From an uncultured Methanolobus sp. (GTDB lineage: Archaea; Halobacteriota; Methanosarcinia; Methanosarcinales; Methanosarcinaceae), in contig OY776215.1 of NCBI GenBank assembly GCA_963675495.1, positions 192,001 through 256,000 of the forward strand: a stretch of 64,000 bases of DNA, written 5' to 3'. The notes under the pieces are model-generated. The model saw nothing but the letters and a program-made list of their open reading frames with translations, did not search any database and was not told the origin of the DNA. The first letter of the stretch is position 1; every line of letters starts with the position of its first letter. The translations under genes were made by a program, and so were the position numbers. Shown one piece after another: positions 63,336 to 64,000 of the stretch.

Positions 63336-63560
63336 GACTTTGATGGTTTTGTAAGTGGGACTGGTGATGCAGGGAATCTGGAGGAATTTGTGCTTTGGGA
63401 GGTTGTATCCCAAAATAAGCTTTGTCATGTGTGGCCAGTAGCATCAATGTCCATAACAGAATGCTTAGAAAAGGTACAGGGGACAACAAAGGAATTATCG
63501 ATTGGTCTGACCTGATTGATTATAAAAAAACTTTTAGTGACCCGCATCTATGGAAAAGGA
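63336..63560 (+). pseudogene. Remnant of a glutathione-reductase-like pyridine nucleotide-disulfide oxidoreductase
   Basis: DFDGFVSGTGDAG / GGICALGGCIPK* / IDWSDLIDYKKTFSDP, with deletion, frameshift and stop. Confidence 0.65.
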
Positions 63561-63682
63561 AGCAATTTCATTGTAAAAATCCCGATTTTGTTGAAATTCA
63601 TATCGGACATAATAAAGTAAGTATATATGTATGGACAATCAAAGGCTGATGGGTATTCCAGTAAAGAACAGTAGAGGACATC

Positions 63683-64000
63683 ATGGCTATCAGGAAACAT
63701 TGTTGTATTCTAACAATTATTTTATTTATTGTTTTTTCTGCGGTCTGTTCATGTGGATGCATATCAGATGATAGAGATACTTTTTTTGAAAATGACAATA
63801 TCAATGCTTCTGAGATTGTTCTGGAAGATGCTAAGCTTAATAATGGTTCTTTAGACGAACATAACCCGGATATTGATATAGAAGATATTGATATTGACTT
63901 AACGAGTTATACTTCATCCATTAAAAAAACAGGTATTCTGGAGATTGATAATGGTTATTCTCTTAAGGTACTGAATATCGATAAGCAGGAAAAACAGATA
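63683..64000 (+). CDS. Lipoprotein, possibly with an S-layer-type domain (partial, runs off window)
   Basis: GAGG RBS; MAIRKHCCILTIILFIVFSAVCSCGC lipobox; acidic linker; LEIDNGYSLKVLNID; open to the window end. Confidence 0.7.
   Translation, partial: MAIRKHCCILTIILFIVFSAVCSCGCISDDRDTFFENDNINASEIVLEDAKLNNGSLDEHNPDIDIEDIDIDLTSYTSSIKKTGILEIDNGYSLKVLNIDKQEKQI

Noticed and set aside
1-64000. CRISPR array, retron/DGR reverse transcriptase, rRNA
   Set aside because: No regularly spaced repeats, RT motifs or rRNA-like sequence seen.

Overview
AT-rich archaeal DNA, most consistent with a Methanosarcinaceae methanogen (Methanolobus/Methanococcoides-like). This is inferred from the gene repertoire, GGAG(G) RBSs, TATA boxes and lipobox lipoproteins. 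About the first 57.6 kb looks like the right part of one large genomic island. It ends at a 16-bp tRNA-Gln-like 3' end (57581-57596, probable att site) beside a tyrosine integrase. The left half is a dense defence island: two unannotated microproteins plus a decayed NYN-LOTUS RNase converging on a viperin, a UDG-like glycosylase-wHTH fusion, McrBC with several reader domains, a Gabija-like pair, a DUF499/DUF3780/DUF1156/PLD-SNF2 restriction-like operon with an inserted HEPN-like gene, and a UvrD-PD-(D/E)XK helicase-nuclease. Provirus and pseudogene debris follow. The right half carries an apparently complete ~21-kb Tc (ABC) toxin locus: fused TcB-TcC RHS with an Ntox23-like payload, and a split TcA with an N-terminal peptidoglycan-binding-like domain. 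Outside the island are an EEP nuclease/phosphatase, an FGE-sulfatase-domain protein with a DGR-like C-terminus, pepN, a disulfide-reductase remnant and the start of a lipoprotein. All family calls come from motif recognition by eye; no database searches were run.
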